DNA of 64,000 bases, taken from Octopus sinensis (taxonomy: Eukaryota). The position numbers and the translations under genes were made by a program. The stretch covers positions 53,010,001-53,074,000 of the forward strand of contig NC_043015.1 of assembly GCF_006345805.1 (NCBI RefSeq), given 5' to 3'. A model generated the notes under the pieces. The model was not told the DNA's origin, ran no database searches, and worked only from the letters and a program-made list of their open reading frames with translations. Below, one piece after another: positions 1-12,569 of this stretch (position 1 is its first letter; every line of letters begins with the position of its first letter).

Positions 1-31
<31 letters not shown>

Positions 32-32
32 T

Positions 33-420
33 ATCATCATCATCATCATCATCATCGTTTAGCGTCCGTTTTCCATGCTAGCATGGGTTGGACGGTTCTA
101 CTGGGGTCTGTGAAGCCAGAAGGCTTCATCAGGCCCAGTCAAATCTGGCAGTGTTTCTACAGCTGGATGCCCTTCCTAACGCCAACCACTCCGTGAGTGT
201 AGTGGGTGCTTTTTACGTCCCACCCGCACAGGTGCCAGACAGAGCTGGCAAACGGCCACGAACGGATGGTGCTTTTTATGTGCCACCGGCACGAGGGCCA
301 GGCGAGGCTGGCAACGGACACGGATGGATGGTGCTTTTTACGTCGGGGTGGCGCTGGCAACGGTCGCGAAACGGAAGGTTCTCTTACATGCCACCGGCAC
401 TGGTAACACATCTGATAAAT
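33..420 (-). mobile_element. RTE-related short retroelement (3' part) with (GAT)n tail
   Basis: Reverse complement of the CCAACCCATGCYAGCATGGAAAACGGACG...(GAT)n tail also seen at 1570-1625; carries the GCTGGATGCCCTTCCTAACGCCAACC motif shared with other copies in the window. Confidence 0.75.
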
Positions 421-444
421 ATCTATATGATGGACTATATATAT

Positions 445-502
<58 letters not shown>

Positions 503-578
503 AATATATAATATATAATATATATATATATTCTAACATACACACACATACATACATATCTATATCTATATATATTAT

Positions 579-609
<31 letters not shown>

Positions 610-679
610 CTATATATATATCTATATATATATATATCTATATATAATATATCTATATATATATATATATCTATATTAG

Positions 680-716
<37 letters not shown>

Positions 717-795
717 ATATATTATATATATATATATATATACTTTATTTAAAAGCACCAGAAATATAACAAAAGCTGTTACTCAGAGTTTCACG

Positions 796-1625
796 TTCCT
801 ATATGCGTAGGCTTGAGAGAAATGAAGCTAGCATGATCTGCTGGATGTGTAATGTCAGTGTGCACACACGACAGTGTAAGTGCCCTGAGAGAAATGTTGG
901 ACATATGAAGCATCGGATGTGGCATGCAAGAGACACGTTTGCGCTGGTATGTTCATGTACTATGGATGGATGAGGAGAGCTGTGTGAAGTGCCACTCCCA
1001 GACAGTTGAAGGAATTCGGGGTAGAGGTAGACCCAGGAAAACATGGCATGAGGTGGTAAAGCATGACCTTTGAATGCTGGGCCTCACAGAGGCAATGACA
1101 AAAGACCAAGACATCTGGAGATATCTATGACTGCAACGACCCGACAAATAAAGTGAGTACACAGCTGAAACCTACACCAGTGTCGCATAAGCAACCCCAG
1201 ACCACTCAAAAGTACCTTGGATCATAGGGTGACATGCTGTGTTTGAGGAGACCTATAGAGTCAAGTGCATCAAAATCAAATGGAAATTGTAGTTGTAATC
1301 CCTGTACCGATGGCACGTAAAAAGCACCATCTGAACGTGGCTGATGCCAGCACCACCTTGACTGGGTTCTGTGCTGGTGGTATGTAAAAAACAGCAACCG
1401 AACGTGGTCGTTGCCAGCCTCCTCTGGCCTGTGTCAGTGGCATGTAAAAAGCACCCACTACACTCTTGGAGTGGTTGACATTAGGCAGGGCATCCAGTTG
1501 TAGAAACACTGCCAGATCAGATTGGGGCCTGGTGCAGTTTCCTAGCTTCCCAGACCCCAGTTGAACTGTCTAACCCATGCCAGCATGGAAAACGGACGTT
1601 AAACGATGATGATGATGATGATGAT
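796..1625 (+). mobile_element. RTE-clade LINE 3' fragment (ORF C-terminus, 3' UTR, (GAT)n tail)
   Basis: Hand translation with stops gives ETRLRWYVHVLWMDEESCVK..VEGIRGRGRPRKTWHEVVKHDL, matching the RTE C-terminal RLRWxGHVxRM..GxRxRGRP..W motif. Confidence 0.85.
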
Positions 1626-1635
1626 ATATATTGGC

Positions 1636-1862
1636 TTTAATGTCTGCTTTCCATGATGGCATGGGTTGGGTGGTTTGACAGGAGCTGGCCAGGCCAGGGG
1701 CCTGCACCAAGCTACTGTGTCTGTTTTGGCATGGTTTTTATGGCTTGATGCCCTTCCTAACACCAACCACCCCACAGAGTGGACTGAGTGCTTTTTACGT
1801 GGCACCAGCACGGGCAGGGTTAGTTTTGACATGGTTTTTAAAGCTGGATGCCCTTCAAAATG
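1636..1862 (-). mobile_element. Second RTE-related short element, tail-to-tail with the preceding copy
   Basis: TTTCCATGATGGCATGGGTTGG is the reverse complement of the family tail; GATGCCCTTCCTAACACCAACC motif present. Confidence 0.7.
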
Positions 1863-2181
1863 CCAATCAACAGCACCAGTAAGGCCATCGAGTAACTTGA
1901 AAAAATCTCTGACCAACAGACATGAACTAACTCAGCCACAAAAAGTATTAAAAAACTATTTAAAAAATACAAATGCACCCACCCTCTGGATGGCCATTAA
2001 TGTAACAGGAGGTTACTATCTCCTCACAACATGGTGTGGGGCTAGAAATTTGAATTTACACATATATATATATACATATATATATATATAATATATATAT
2101 ATATACATATATATATATACATATATATGTATATATATTATATATATATACATACATACATACATACATACATACATACAT

Positions 2182-2242
<61 letters not shown>

Positions 2243-2249
2243 CATATAC

Positions 2250-2405
2250 ATACGATGGGCTTCTTTCAGTTTCTGCCAACCAAATCCACTCACAAGGCTT
2301 TGGTTGTTCCGAGGCTATAGTAGAAGACACTTGCCCAAGGTGCTACGCAGTGGGATGAGAACCTGGAACCATGTGGTTCGTAAGTAAGCTACTTACCACA
2401 CAGCC
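2250..2405 (-). mobile_element. tRNA-headed SINE family A, 5' half
   Basis: Reverse complement of the GGCTGTGTGGTAAG..GGTTC..CACCTTGGGCAAGTGTCTTCTACTATAGCC head found in many copies here. Confidence 0.8.
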
Positions 2406-3542
2406 ATAAATACATATATATTAACACACCTGTGTATATGTATGTGTGTATGTGTGTGTGCATGTGTACATATATGTGTGTGTGTGTGCGTTTGTGTGTA
2501 TGTGGGTCTGTATACATACATATACATACATTCATATATATTTTGACATTTTCTCTATTAACTTTTAATACTGTTAATGAATGAAAGTGTGTGGAAAATG
2601 AATGAAATGTGTGTTTGCATGTGTGTACGTAAATGTGTAAGTACCTACTGAACATGTATTAATGTATGTTTGTGTATGTGTGTGCACATATTTGTGTGTG
2701 TGTGTGTGTGTATGTGTGTGTTGATGTATCAGTGTATTTCCGTATACATATGATTTAAGACAAAAAAAAAAAAAAGAAAAAGAGACTGGCAGGAGGAATT
2801 CAGTACTGTTTAGACAGGGCCACTAAGTACACAAACTCTGCAACAAGATCTCTAATACACTCTCAGAGAAAATCAGGAATTTCAGTGCACCAGGAACTCT
2901 GGAATCGCTAACAGCATGAACAGTCAAGAGAAAGGAGAGAACACTGGATTGGTAGGCCAGGAAGAATTCAAATCAGTCAAGTATTTCTACCAATATTCCA
3001 CCATAATTAAGCGTTGTTGTTGTGCAACAAGGTCATGCCTGATCAAGCAAACCAATAATCAATGACATTCCAAGCATGACCTTCCTGCTTTATTTTTAAG
3101 AAATAGCAGAGTATCTAATGTGTTTTTCATGTTTCATGTTCTTTTTTCATCTTGTTAGTTTTAGTTGAGATAGATTTGGCTTCTGTTTCTAGCAAAGTGA
3201 GCAACCACATAGAGGAATCTTTATTGACTCAGGGTTTTATTATAATTAAATTTCCACAATTAAACTCACCTCCAAATTGAATAATTTGAGAGACAAAACC
3301 CAAATGCTTTTTTTCTGTATTTTTGTTTTTTGATATTGAAAATTCATTTGCTCAGTGACTGGTTTCTGGCTATTAGCTGTGCCCATGCTGGGGCACTGTC
3401 ACCGAGTGCTTTCTTTAATCAACTTAATTGATTTTTCCCATACTTTAACTGGCCCTTTTTTTCATCAATTATTGAAAGGCTGAGTTGACCTCAGAGTATA
3501 GGGATGTAACTTGTACTGATTAAATACTACAAGGTATTATCT

Positions 3543-3582
<40 letters not shown>

Positions 3583-4157
3583 GCAGATACACACACAAGC
3601 ACACACACAGGCACACACACATAGGCACACATACACATACAGACATACACATACACAGGCACACACACACACATATAGGCACACACAGGCACACACACAG
3701 GCACCACACACACACAATTCATGTTGGAGTTTTTAACAAAATCAAAACTGACAAAGGATAGAGATTTAGGTAAAAAAGAAAAAGAAAGGAATTTATTCTA
3801 GAATACACTATAAATATTTCATTTGACAGAAATGAATTGGACCCTGGTACCACCTTCTAGCTTCCCAGTGCTCGGTCAAACTATCCAACCCATGCCAGCA
3901 TGGAAAGCGGACATGAAATGATGATGATGATGACGATGATGAGAAATACATAAAAGACTGAAGTTTTTTGAGTTTTCTGGATCTGTTTGGCTTTACATTC
4001 AGTGAGAATCCTGCATTCGAGTAAATAATCCTTTCCACTATAGGCACAAGGCCTGAAATTTTTGGGGAGGGGGTGGGCAGTCGATTAAATTGACCCTAGT
4101 ACACAACTGGTACTTAATTTATTGATCCTGAAAGAACGAAAAGTAAAGTTGACCTCG

Positions 4158-5650
4158 GAGAACACAGAAAATCAAATTTGGGAAGGAGTGTATCAGGGCT
4201 GTATTCTTTCTCCATACTTGTTCAACATTCACACTGAGTGGATGATGCAAGAAGCGATGCAGGAAGACAGCAGCATGAAAATACATGACTTGCATATTTC
4301 TAATCTTAAGGTATGTGAATGATACTGCTTCACTTGCCAAGACTGCAACTGGATGACAAGAAATGATAAATAGGGTGGAAGGTGTCAAATGCAAATGGTC
4401 TTTATCTTAATCATAAGAAAACAAAAGTCATTGAAGTAAGAAAAGAGAAAGTCAATATTCGTTTCTACTCTAGGCACAAGGCCTGAAATTTGGGGGTGAG
4501 TGCCAGTCGATTAGATCGATCACAGTATGTAACTGGTTCTTAATTTATCAACCCTGAAAGGATGAAAGGCAAAGTTGACCCCAGCAGAATTTGAACTTAG
4601 AACCTAAAGACAGAAGAAATACCGCTAAGTATTTCACCCAGCATGCTAATGTTTCTTATTTCTTTATTACTCACAAAGGGCTAAGCATAGAGGGGACAAA
4701 CAAGGACAGACAAAGGGATTAAGTCGATTACATCGACTCCAATGTGTAACTGGTACTTAATTTATCGACCCCAAAAGGATGAAAGGCAAAGTTGACCTCG
4801 GCAGAATTTGAACTCAGAACGTAGCGACGGGCGAAATACCTATTTCTTTACTACCCACAAGGGGCTAAACACGGAGAGGACAAACAAGGACAGATAAACG
4901 GATTAAGCCGATTATATTGACCCCAGCAGAATTTGAACTCAGAACGTAAAGACAGAAGAAATACCGCTAAGCATTTCACCTGGTGTGCTAATGTTTCTGC
5001 CTGCTCGATGCCTTAGAGAAAGTAAATATTAACACCAAACTGGGCAGTGAGAGGCTTGAACAGGTTGAATTGTACAAGTATCCTGGAGACCAAATCTCTG
5101 ATGAAGCCACCTGTAAGAAAGGTGTTGGGATGTGTCTAGCGGTGGTAAGAATGTCCATGGAAAAGCTTAACATGTGGACCAGCAAGAAGTGTCCCAACTA
5201 AGTTAAACACAAGGCAAGCACTCATTTGGCCAATAGGTATTTCTTGTTGTGGCGCATGGACTCCCAATAAATTTCAAGAGAACATAATGTGTTTGAAATG
5301 TGAGTGTACAAGAAAATGTTACGTGTTTGTTGCAAGGATCTTTGGACAAACGAATGAGTGAAAGCAACAACTCCCAAACATTAAGGGAAAAAGGGACAAA
5401 GAAAAAAAAGGAACAAAAGCTCGGCTATTATGGCTGTATTCGAAGAAGGAGAGGTTTTGGAAAGATTATCATGGAAGGAAGAGTAGGGGACAGAATATGA
5501 AGAGGAAAGCAAGGAACACAATGGATGGAGAATATCACAAGCTGGCTGGACAGGAATGGCTGGGCAACTGGGGAACTCATGTGTGACCTGGAAGAATTCT
5601 CTTGTAGTGTCATCAATGCACTGCAGGTGTATGATACACAGTAACAACAA
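4158..5650 (+). pseudogene. Decayed RTE LINE reverse transcriptase and C-terminus, split by a SINE
   Basis: GVYQGCILSPYLFNIH, ISNL.YVNDT (YADD relic), LEQVELYKYPGDQI and KLGYYGCIRRR..IMEGRVG motifs in order, with stops and frameshifts. Confidence 0.85.
4460..5014 (-). mobile_element. Composite tRNA-headed SINE family B with 16-bp target-site duplication
   Basis: Flanked by AGAGAAAGTCAATATT (4444-4459) and AGAGAAAGTAAATATT (5015-5030); one head plus repeated body modules. Confidence 0.85.
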
Positions 5651-5822
5651 TGTGTATATATATATATATTATTATATACCATATACTCCAACCCATGCTA
5701 GCATGGAAAACAGACGCTAAACGATGATGATGATGATACATAAACATATATATATATAATGTTTATGCATATATGTGTATGTATATGTATGTTCACATGT
5801 ATGGACATGTATGTGTATATAT

Positions 5823-5886
<64 letters not shown>

Positions 5887-6049
5887 CATACATGCTTACA
5901 TGCATGTATACATTTTTGCATTGGGGTCTTAGCAGAAGGCCAGCAATTTAATCCACTTTTGGAGAGGTGAAGAACAAAGTTGGTCTTGGTAAGATCTGAA
6001 CTCACAGCATAAAGATCCAGAACATATACCACAAGACCTTCTTGATATC

Positions 6050-6445
6050 TTTTATTCTTTTTTATTTCTTTTTATTCATTTCAGTCATTTGACTGTGGCC
6101 ATGCTGGAGCACCGCCTTTAGTCTAACAAATCGACCTCAGGACTTATTCTTTGTAAGCCTAGTACTCATACTATTGTTCTCTTTTGCCGAACAGGGACAT
6201 AAACTCACCAGCATCGGTTGTCAAGCAAGGTTGTGGGGTGAGTGGGGGACAAACACAGAAACACAAACATATACATATATACATATATACGACAGGCTTC
6301 TTTCAGTTTCCATCTACCAAATCCACTCTCAAGGCATTGGTCGGCCTGAAGCTATAGTAGAAGACACTTGCACAAGGTGCCATGCAGTGGTACTGAACCT
6401 GGAACCATGTGGTTGGCAAGCAAGCTACTTACCACACAGCCCCTC
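6050..6445 (-). mobile_element. SINE family A, near full length
   Basis: Tail, 3' half, internal microsatellite and tRNA-like head all present on the minus strand. Confidence 0.85.
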
Positions 6446-6509
6446 CTATTTATTTTATTATTTTGTTCCTAGCTACTCCGTTAGACCTCCACCACCGCCG
6501 CCGCCACCA

Positions 6510-6800
6510 CCACCCTGGACTATTATCGGATATCTTAGAAAGAACCGGGTGAAAATAAGTCAAGAAAGTGTGCAAGTATCAGTGACGTTGAATAATACAT
6601 GATAGAAAGAAAGATGACTGTGCGTACGCGGGACATGTAATGATAATGGATGATGATACATGCTCAATGAGATACCACTGTGAGTGAACGATGATCCATC
6701 GTTGCCGTAGAGGTAGGGGTGGGCATGGAACAGAACGACAATTGCAAGTAAGTGGTTAGAATATTCCAGTTGTCATTGGATGGATTCAGGATGGATGATG
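6510..6800 (+). pseudogene. Highly decayed RTE LINE C-terminal fragment
   Basis: YAGHVMIMDDD...RRGRG resembles WAGHVxRMxDxR...RxRGRP. Confidence 0.5.
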
Positions 6801-6894
6801 ATATCATGATATTGGGATATCACCAGACTCTGGCTGGCTTCTACATCGTGTTCTGACTCATATCAGCATGATAGCAGAGACATTAAAATAAAAT

Positions 6895-7450
6895 ATGCTA
6901 TCGATACTCTCTCTCTCTCTCTTCTCTCTCTCTCTTCTCTCTCTCTGTTTCTCACTCACTCACTCATGGTCTCTCCCTCTCTCTCCCCTCTGTCAGTCTG
7001 TCTTTCACTCTTTCCTTCTCTTTCACTTTCTTCTCACTTTTTCCTTGTTGTTGTTCTTCTTCTTCTTCTTGTTCTTGTTCTTGTTCTTGTTCTTGTTCTT
7101 CTTGTTCTTGTTCTTCTTGTACTTGTTCTTGTTGTTGTTGTTGTTGTTCTTCTTCTTCTTCTTCTTCTTCCTCCTCCTCCTCATTGTTTCTTTCTGCATC
7201 CTTCTTTTTCAGTCCTCTTTTCCTTTCCATCTCCTCTTTGTTTTGTTTCTTTTCCTTTCTTCCTCATTCCTTCTATCTCTCCTTTCATCCTTTCTTATTT
7301 TCTTCTTTCCCTCCTCCCTTTCTCTTTTCTTCCTCCTCTTTCTCCCTCCTTCCCTTCTTCCCTCACAATCCATTTCATCTTCTATCATCTTCATCATATT
7401 TGTCTATCCATTCTCACCCCCTGCCATCTATCTCCCAATCTATCTGATTC
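6895..7450. repeat. (CT)n/(TTC)n/(TTG)n low-complexity tract
   Basis: Direct reading; explains the poly-L/F/E ORFs. Confidence 0.9.
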
Positions 7451-7830
7451 AAGATAAAAACATAGAATATAGAAAACATACAAAATTCTTTTATCCAACC
7501 AGCAGCACTCTCACAAATCAAAAACCATAGAGACATTAAGATATAAATATATGGATTAGCCATATCTCATACTTGGATCTAATCCATATATTTATTGTTT
7601 TAATTTCTGTCTTGCTTGTTCATTTGCAATTGTACAACAACTCTTTGTATAATGAATTCCATACATTTCACTCTCCTAAAATATCGGTAAATATTTATTT
7701 GTGCTTACATTTACATATCATTGTAGTGAGCCCTCTCTTTGTGGCATGTGTCGGAATGGATGGCAAGAATGTGCATCGGTAGGAGTTTATTGAATTATAT
7801 ATACACAGGGTGTGGGAGTTATTTGAGGAC

Positions 7831-8615
7831 ATCATCATCATCTAACGTTTGCTTTCCATGCTAGCATGTGTTAGACAGTTTGGCTTGATACTGGTAAGCT
7901 GGAAAGCTGCACCAGGTTCCTGCCTGATTTGGTATGATTTCTACAGCTGGATGCCCTTCCTAATGCCAACCACTCCAATAGTATAATGGGTGCTTTTTAC
8001 GTGCCACTGGCATTGGTGTCATTTACATAAACACCAATAACAACAATGATTATGATTTCATGGGTGCTGTTTACATGACACTGGCTATGGTCACAGCTAT
8101 GGTTTCACTTGGCTTGACAAGTCTTCTCAGACACAGCATATTGCCAGGGTTTTGGTCACTTGTCGTCACCTCCATGAAGCCCATAATTCAAAGATCATGC
8201 TTCACTGCCTTGTCCTTCACCTCTGTGGGGCCCAGCATTCAAAGGTCATGCTTCACTGCCTTGTCCTTCATCTCCGCGAGGCCCAGCATTCAAAGGTCAT
8301 GCTTCACTGCTGTGTCTTTCATCTCCGTGAGGCCCAGCATTTAAAGATCATGCTTTACTGCCTTGTCCTTCACCTCTGCGAGGCCCAGAATTCAATGATC
8401 ATGCTTCACTACCATGTCCTTCACCTCTGCGAGGCCCAGCATTCAAAGATCATGCTTTACTGCATTGTCCTTCACCTCCGCAAGGCCCAGCATTCAAAGG
8501 TCATGCTTCACTATATTGTCCTTCACCTCTGTGGGGCCCAGCATTCAAAGATCATACAATGGCTATGATTATGATTTCATGAAAACCATTTACATGACAC
8601 CAGCAATAACCACAA
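7831..8615 (-). mobile_element. RTE-related element containing an internal tandem array
   Basis: Family tail reverse complement near 7835-7875, GGATGCCCTTCCTAATGCCAACC motif, array unit homologous to RTE ORF end. Confidence 0.7.
8178..8555. repeat. 51-bp tandem array, about 7.4 copies
   Basis: Unit starts at 8178, 8229, 8280, 8331, 8382, 8433, 8484, 8535 (GGCCCAGCATTCAAAGRTCATGCTT...). Confidence 0.95.
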
Positions 8616-8699
8616 GACATATTTGGTAAATTATTAAAACACCTCTAATCTAGCCAAAAACCAAATGTATTGTAATAAACATTTGTGCACCTGTTCCTG

Positions 8700-9215
8700 A
8701 TAAGCTTTGTTATGAGACTCATCTACAAAGGTACCTTCAGCTTCGGTGACTGCTTCAGTGTGAGACCAGAATCATTACCATGGATTAAATGGTCCTTCTT
8801 CATTTCGGTCATCACTTGGACAACAGTTGCCTTCAGTGAAGCTATAGTATTGTGAGGATAATGATTAGTCTTCCCTTTGATAACACTCGACACAAAGTAA
8901 GTCCATGGGATTAAATCTGGTGAACTTGGAGGTCATAAGTCAGGTCTTATGTGATTATAAAGGTTGCTTGATAACCATTCTTGGGTTGCATCGGTTTTGT
9001 GAGAAGGTGCTGAGTCTTGTTGAAATACATATCGATGTCCACTGCGTACTTCATCCACCTGGGGCTGAATAGCTGTCTTCAGCACCTCAGCATATCCAGG
9101 AGCATAAATTATAAGAACCTGTGGAAAGATGAGAGTTGGTATGATAGAACTTTTGTTACTCACCACTCCTAAAACCATTTCAGCTGCTGGAAACTCACTG
9201 AGCATTACTCTGGAA
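8700..9215 (-). pseudogene. Tc1/mariner-superfamily (DD37D/maT-like) transposase fragment
   Basis: MVLGVVS..YVFQQDSAPSHK..TQEWL..N followed by a frameshifted PPSSPDL motif. Confidence 0.8.
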
Positions 9216-9239
9216 ACATTTTTTTTCTCTTTGATACAG

Positions 9240-9640
9240 CAGGAGTGGCTGTGTGGTAAGAAGCTTGTTTACCAACCACATGGTTCCGGGTTCAGTCCCA
9301 CTATATGGCACCTTGGGCAAGTGTCTTCTACTATAGCCTCGGGCCGACCAAAGCCTTGTGAGTGGATTTTGTAGACGGAAACTGAAAGAAGCCCGTCGTA
9401 TATATGTATATATATATATGTCTGTGTGTGTGAGTTTGTATATCTGTGTTTGTCCCCCCAACATCGCTTGACAACCGATGCTGGTGTGTTTATGTCCACA
9501 TCACTTAGCGGTTTGGCAAAGAGACAGATAGAATAAGTACTGGGCTTACAAAGAATAAGTTCCAGGGTCGAGTTGCTCGATTAAAGGCGGTGCTCCAGCA
9601 TGGCTGCAGTCAAATGACTGAAACAAGTAAAAGAGAGAGA
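9240..9640 (+). mobile_element. SINE family A, full length
   Basis: GGAGTGGCTGTGTGG (A-box-like), GGTTCAGTCCC (B-box-like), CORE-like CCTTGGGCAAGT, internal (TA)/(TG) tract, GAAACAAGTAAAAGA tail. Confidence 0.9.
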
Positions 9641-10051
9641 GAGTTGAAACATTTCTGCTAGAGGCTTTCAGTTTCAACTGGACTTTATGTACCAAAAAGT
9701 TTGCAGTGTGTATAAAATTGGTAATTTCTAAGTCGCTGTGTTCTGCACATATGGCAACACTGGTTGCATGTTTTTTTCCGCTTTCTGTGTTAGTGTTTTG
9801 TATGGCATGAGGGATTTGAGAGAAATAAAGCCTTTTAATTAGTTTGAAGAGAGTAATATACAGATAATTAAGCGACCTCAAATGCCTCTTGCACCCTGTA
9901 CATGTGCGTGTGTAGGTGTTCGCTCCACTGCTTGTTGCAATATATATATCGAGTGCAGATTGCTGGAGGAGGTTCTTCCTGTGGTTAAAAATGGTAGTCA
10001 TGTCAATTCCTATGGAAAAGCCATATTAGTGTGGTGATAAACTTTACTTCC

Positions 10052-10176
<125 letters not shown>

Positions 10177-10491
10177 TTATACACACACACACATACACAC
10201 ATATATATATGCATATATATTTATTCACACTTATACATTGAGTTTATTTCACTTGTTCTACCAAATATGCATGCTCATGTGCACACACACACACACACAC
10301 ACACATGTAGATGACTTTTTTGAACAGTACACCCATGATGTGTGTGTGTGTGTGTGCATGTGTATCTGCACCATCAAACTTTCAGTGCAAGTACTGTGGT
10401 GCTGTTTCCTATTAAACTGCGCAGTGGTTTAACAGCTGAAGCGCTGAAGTATTTACCGACTCTTTGATGAAATCTTGTTTTAACTTTTGGC

Positions 10492-10525
<34 letters not shown>

Positions 10526-11092
10526 ATCCTTTTAAAATTCTTCCAAGCATTTGGAGTATTTCGAATTATCATCAAATTTTATTTTTGTTTAAAAATTTTC
10601 AACACTTTCATCTTGGTGTTGGATTTTCTTTTTAAGCCCAAATCAGTCTCAATTGAGCTGATTTATAATCAAAGGCATTCCACCCATGATCCCTCCATCC
10701 AGTATATTTCAGACTACATTACCTTATCTGAACCCACCCAGCATTCTTTTTCTTTAAAGATCGCATGGTGATATTTGAGGAAGATTTAGCTGTTCTGTTA
10801 AGAAATGTTGTATCTATATATAACAGTTTATTCATTGGGTCATATAATTTTAGCCATGTTTCATATGAGTTCACACAAACTATGTGGTTCAGATACTTTA
10901 CAAGTAAGCAGTTTTTGGTTCAATCCTAACACACAATACCTTGAGCAAGTATTTTCTACACTGGGCTTCTGCTGACTAAAGGATTTTGAATGTGTGTGTG
11001 TGGTGCCTTGAACAAGTTCTTGACTGTGTGTATAAAATGTGAATGTATGTGTGTGCATATATATATATATATATATATAATACGTACATACA

Positions 11093-11130
<38 letters not shown>

Positions 11131-11133
<3 letters not shown>

Positions 11134-11496
11134 CCACATGGTCCTGGGGTTCAGTCCCACTGTGTGGCACCTTCAGCAAGTGTCTTCTACTATGGCCTTG
11201 GGCCAACCAAAGCCTTCTGAGTAGATTTGGTAGGTGGAAACTGAAAGAAGCCCATCTTGTATATATATATATATATATGTTTGTGTGTCATTGTTTATCC
11301 TCCACCATTGCTTGACAACCGATATTGATGTGTTTACATCTATAATTTAGCAGTTCAGCAAAAGAGACCGATTGAGTAAGTATTAGTCTTACAAAGAGTA
11401 TGTCCTGGGGTCGATTTGTTCGACTAAGGCCAGTGCTCCAGCAAGGTCACAGTCACATGTCTGAAATAGGAAAAAAGATATATATATATGTATATA

Positions 11497-11529
<33 letters not shown>

Positions 11530-11654
11530 ACCACATGGTCCTGGGGTTCAGTCCCACTGTGTGGCACCTTCAGCAAGTGTCTTCTACTATGGCCTTGGGC
11601 CAACCAAGCCTTCTGAGTAGATTTGGTAGGTGGAACTGAAAGAAGCCCATCTTG

Positions 11655-11710
<56 letters not shown>

Positions 11711-11909
11711 TGTTTGTGTGTCATTGTTTATCCTCCACCATTGCTTGACAACCGATATTGATGTGTTTACATCTATAATTTAGCATTCAGCAAAAGAGAC
11801 CGATTGAGTAAGTATTAGTCTTACAAAGAGTATGTCCTGGGGTCGATTTGTTCGACTAAGGCCAGTGCTCCAGCAAGGTCACAGTCACATGTCTGAAATA
11901 GAAAAAAAG

Positions 11910-11925
<16 letters not shown>
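11131..11925 (+). repeat. Tandem duplication (~397-bp period) of a 5'-truncated SINE A
   Basis: Copies start at 11131 and 11528 and share private variants such as GGTCCTGGGG and CTTCAGCAAG. Confidence 0.85.
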
Positions 11926-11963
<38 letters not shown>

Positions 11964-12278
11964 GTATATTTGTGTTGATAGATGCTTATGTATACTTATA
12001 TGTGGTTGTGCGTGTATGTTTGTATTTATGTATATGTAGATAGATGAATTAATATACATGTTTATATTTGTATATGCGTATCTCTGAGCAAATATACTCA
12101 CACGCTTGTACACTCACAGATGCACATATAAATGCGTATATATACACTGATGCACGCACATATATTGTATCGTGCAGTCATGGCTTGCGTGTGTGCATCT
12201 ATGCATGGGAGTTCGTTTGCATACATAGTCACACATAGATATAACGGTACCGTTTCTGAACATCACACGCACACACTC

Positions 12279-12313
<35 letters not shown>

Positions 12314-12412
12314 TCTCTCTCTCTCTTTCTCTCTCACTTTCTCTCTCTTTGTGTCATCACTGCATGCATGAAAATATCATCACGATTCTAGAAAGATAAA
12401 TATTGATATTCT

Positions 12413-12426
12413 GTTACCATGGAAAC
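12413..12426. promoter_or_regulatory. RFX X-box-like palindrome GTTACCATGGAAAC
   Basis: Matches GTTNCCATGGNAAC; lies in non-repetitive sequence; function unverified. Confidence 0.35.
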
Positions 12427-12569
12427 GGTGATGTCATCAAGTGTCCAAGTGTTGTTTGTCACCATTAAGCAATCCATGCTGTGATTATTGACCAAAGAAG
12501 AAAATCTCTTGTCTGGATTAACCATTTCTGATGATATCATCATATCTGGTAACTCTTCTGTCTTTTTCC

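Noticed and set aside
5098-5130. CTGATGA..GAAA inside the RTE fragment
   Set aside because: No stems; explained by RT coding sequence.
6895-7530. 211-aa and overlapping hydrophobic or poly-E ORFs
   Set aside because: Simple (CT)/(TTC)/(TTG) repeats; no domain or splice evidence.
8178-8555. CRISPR-like appearance of regular repeats
   Set aside because: Units are contiguous with no unique spacers, derive from an RTE LINE, and the DNA is eukaryotic with no cas genes.
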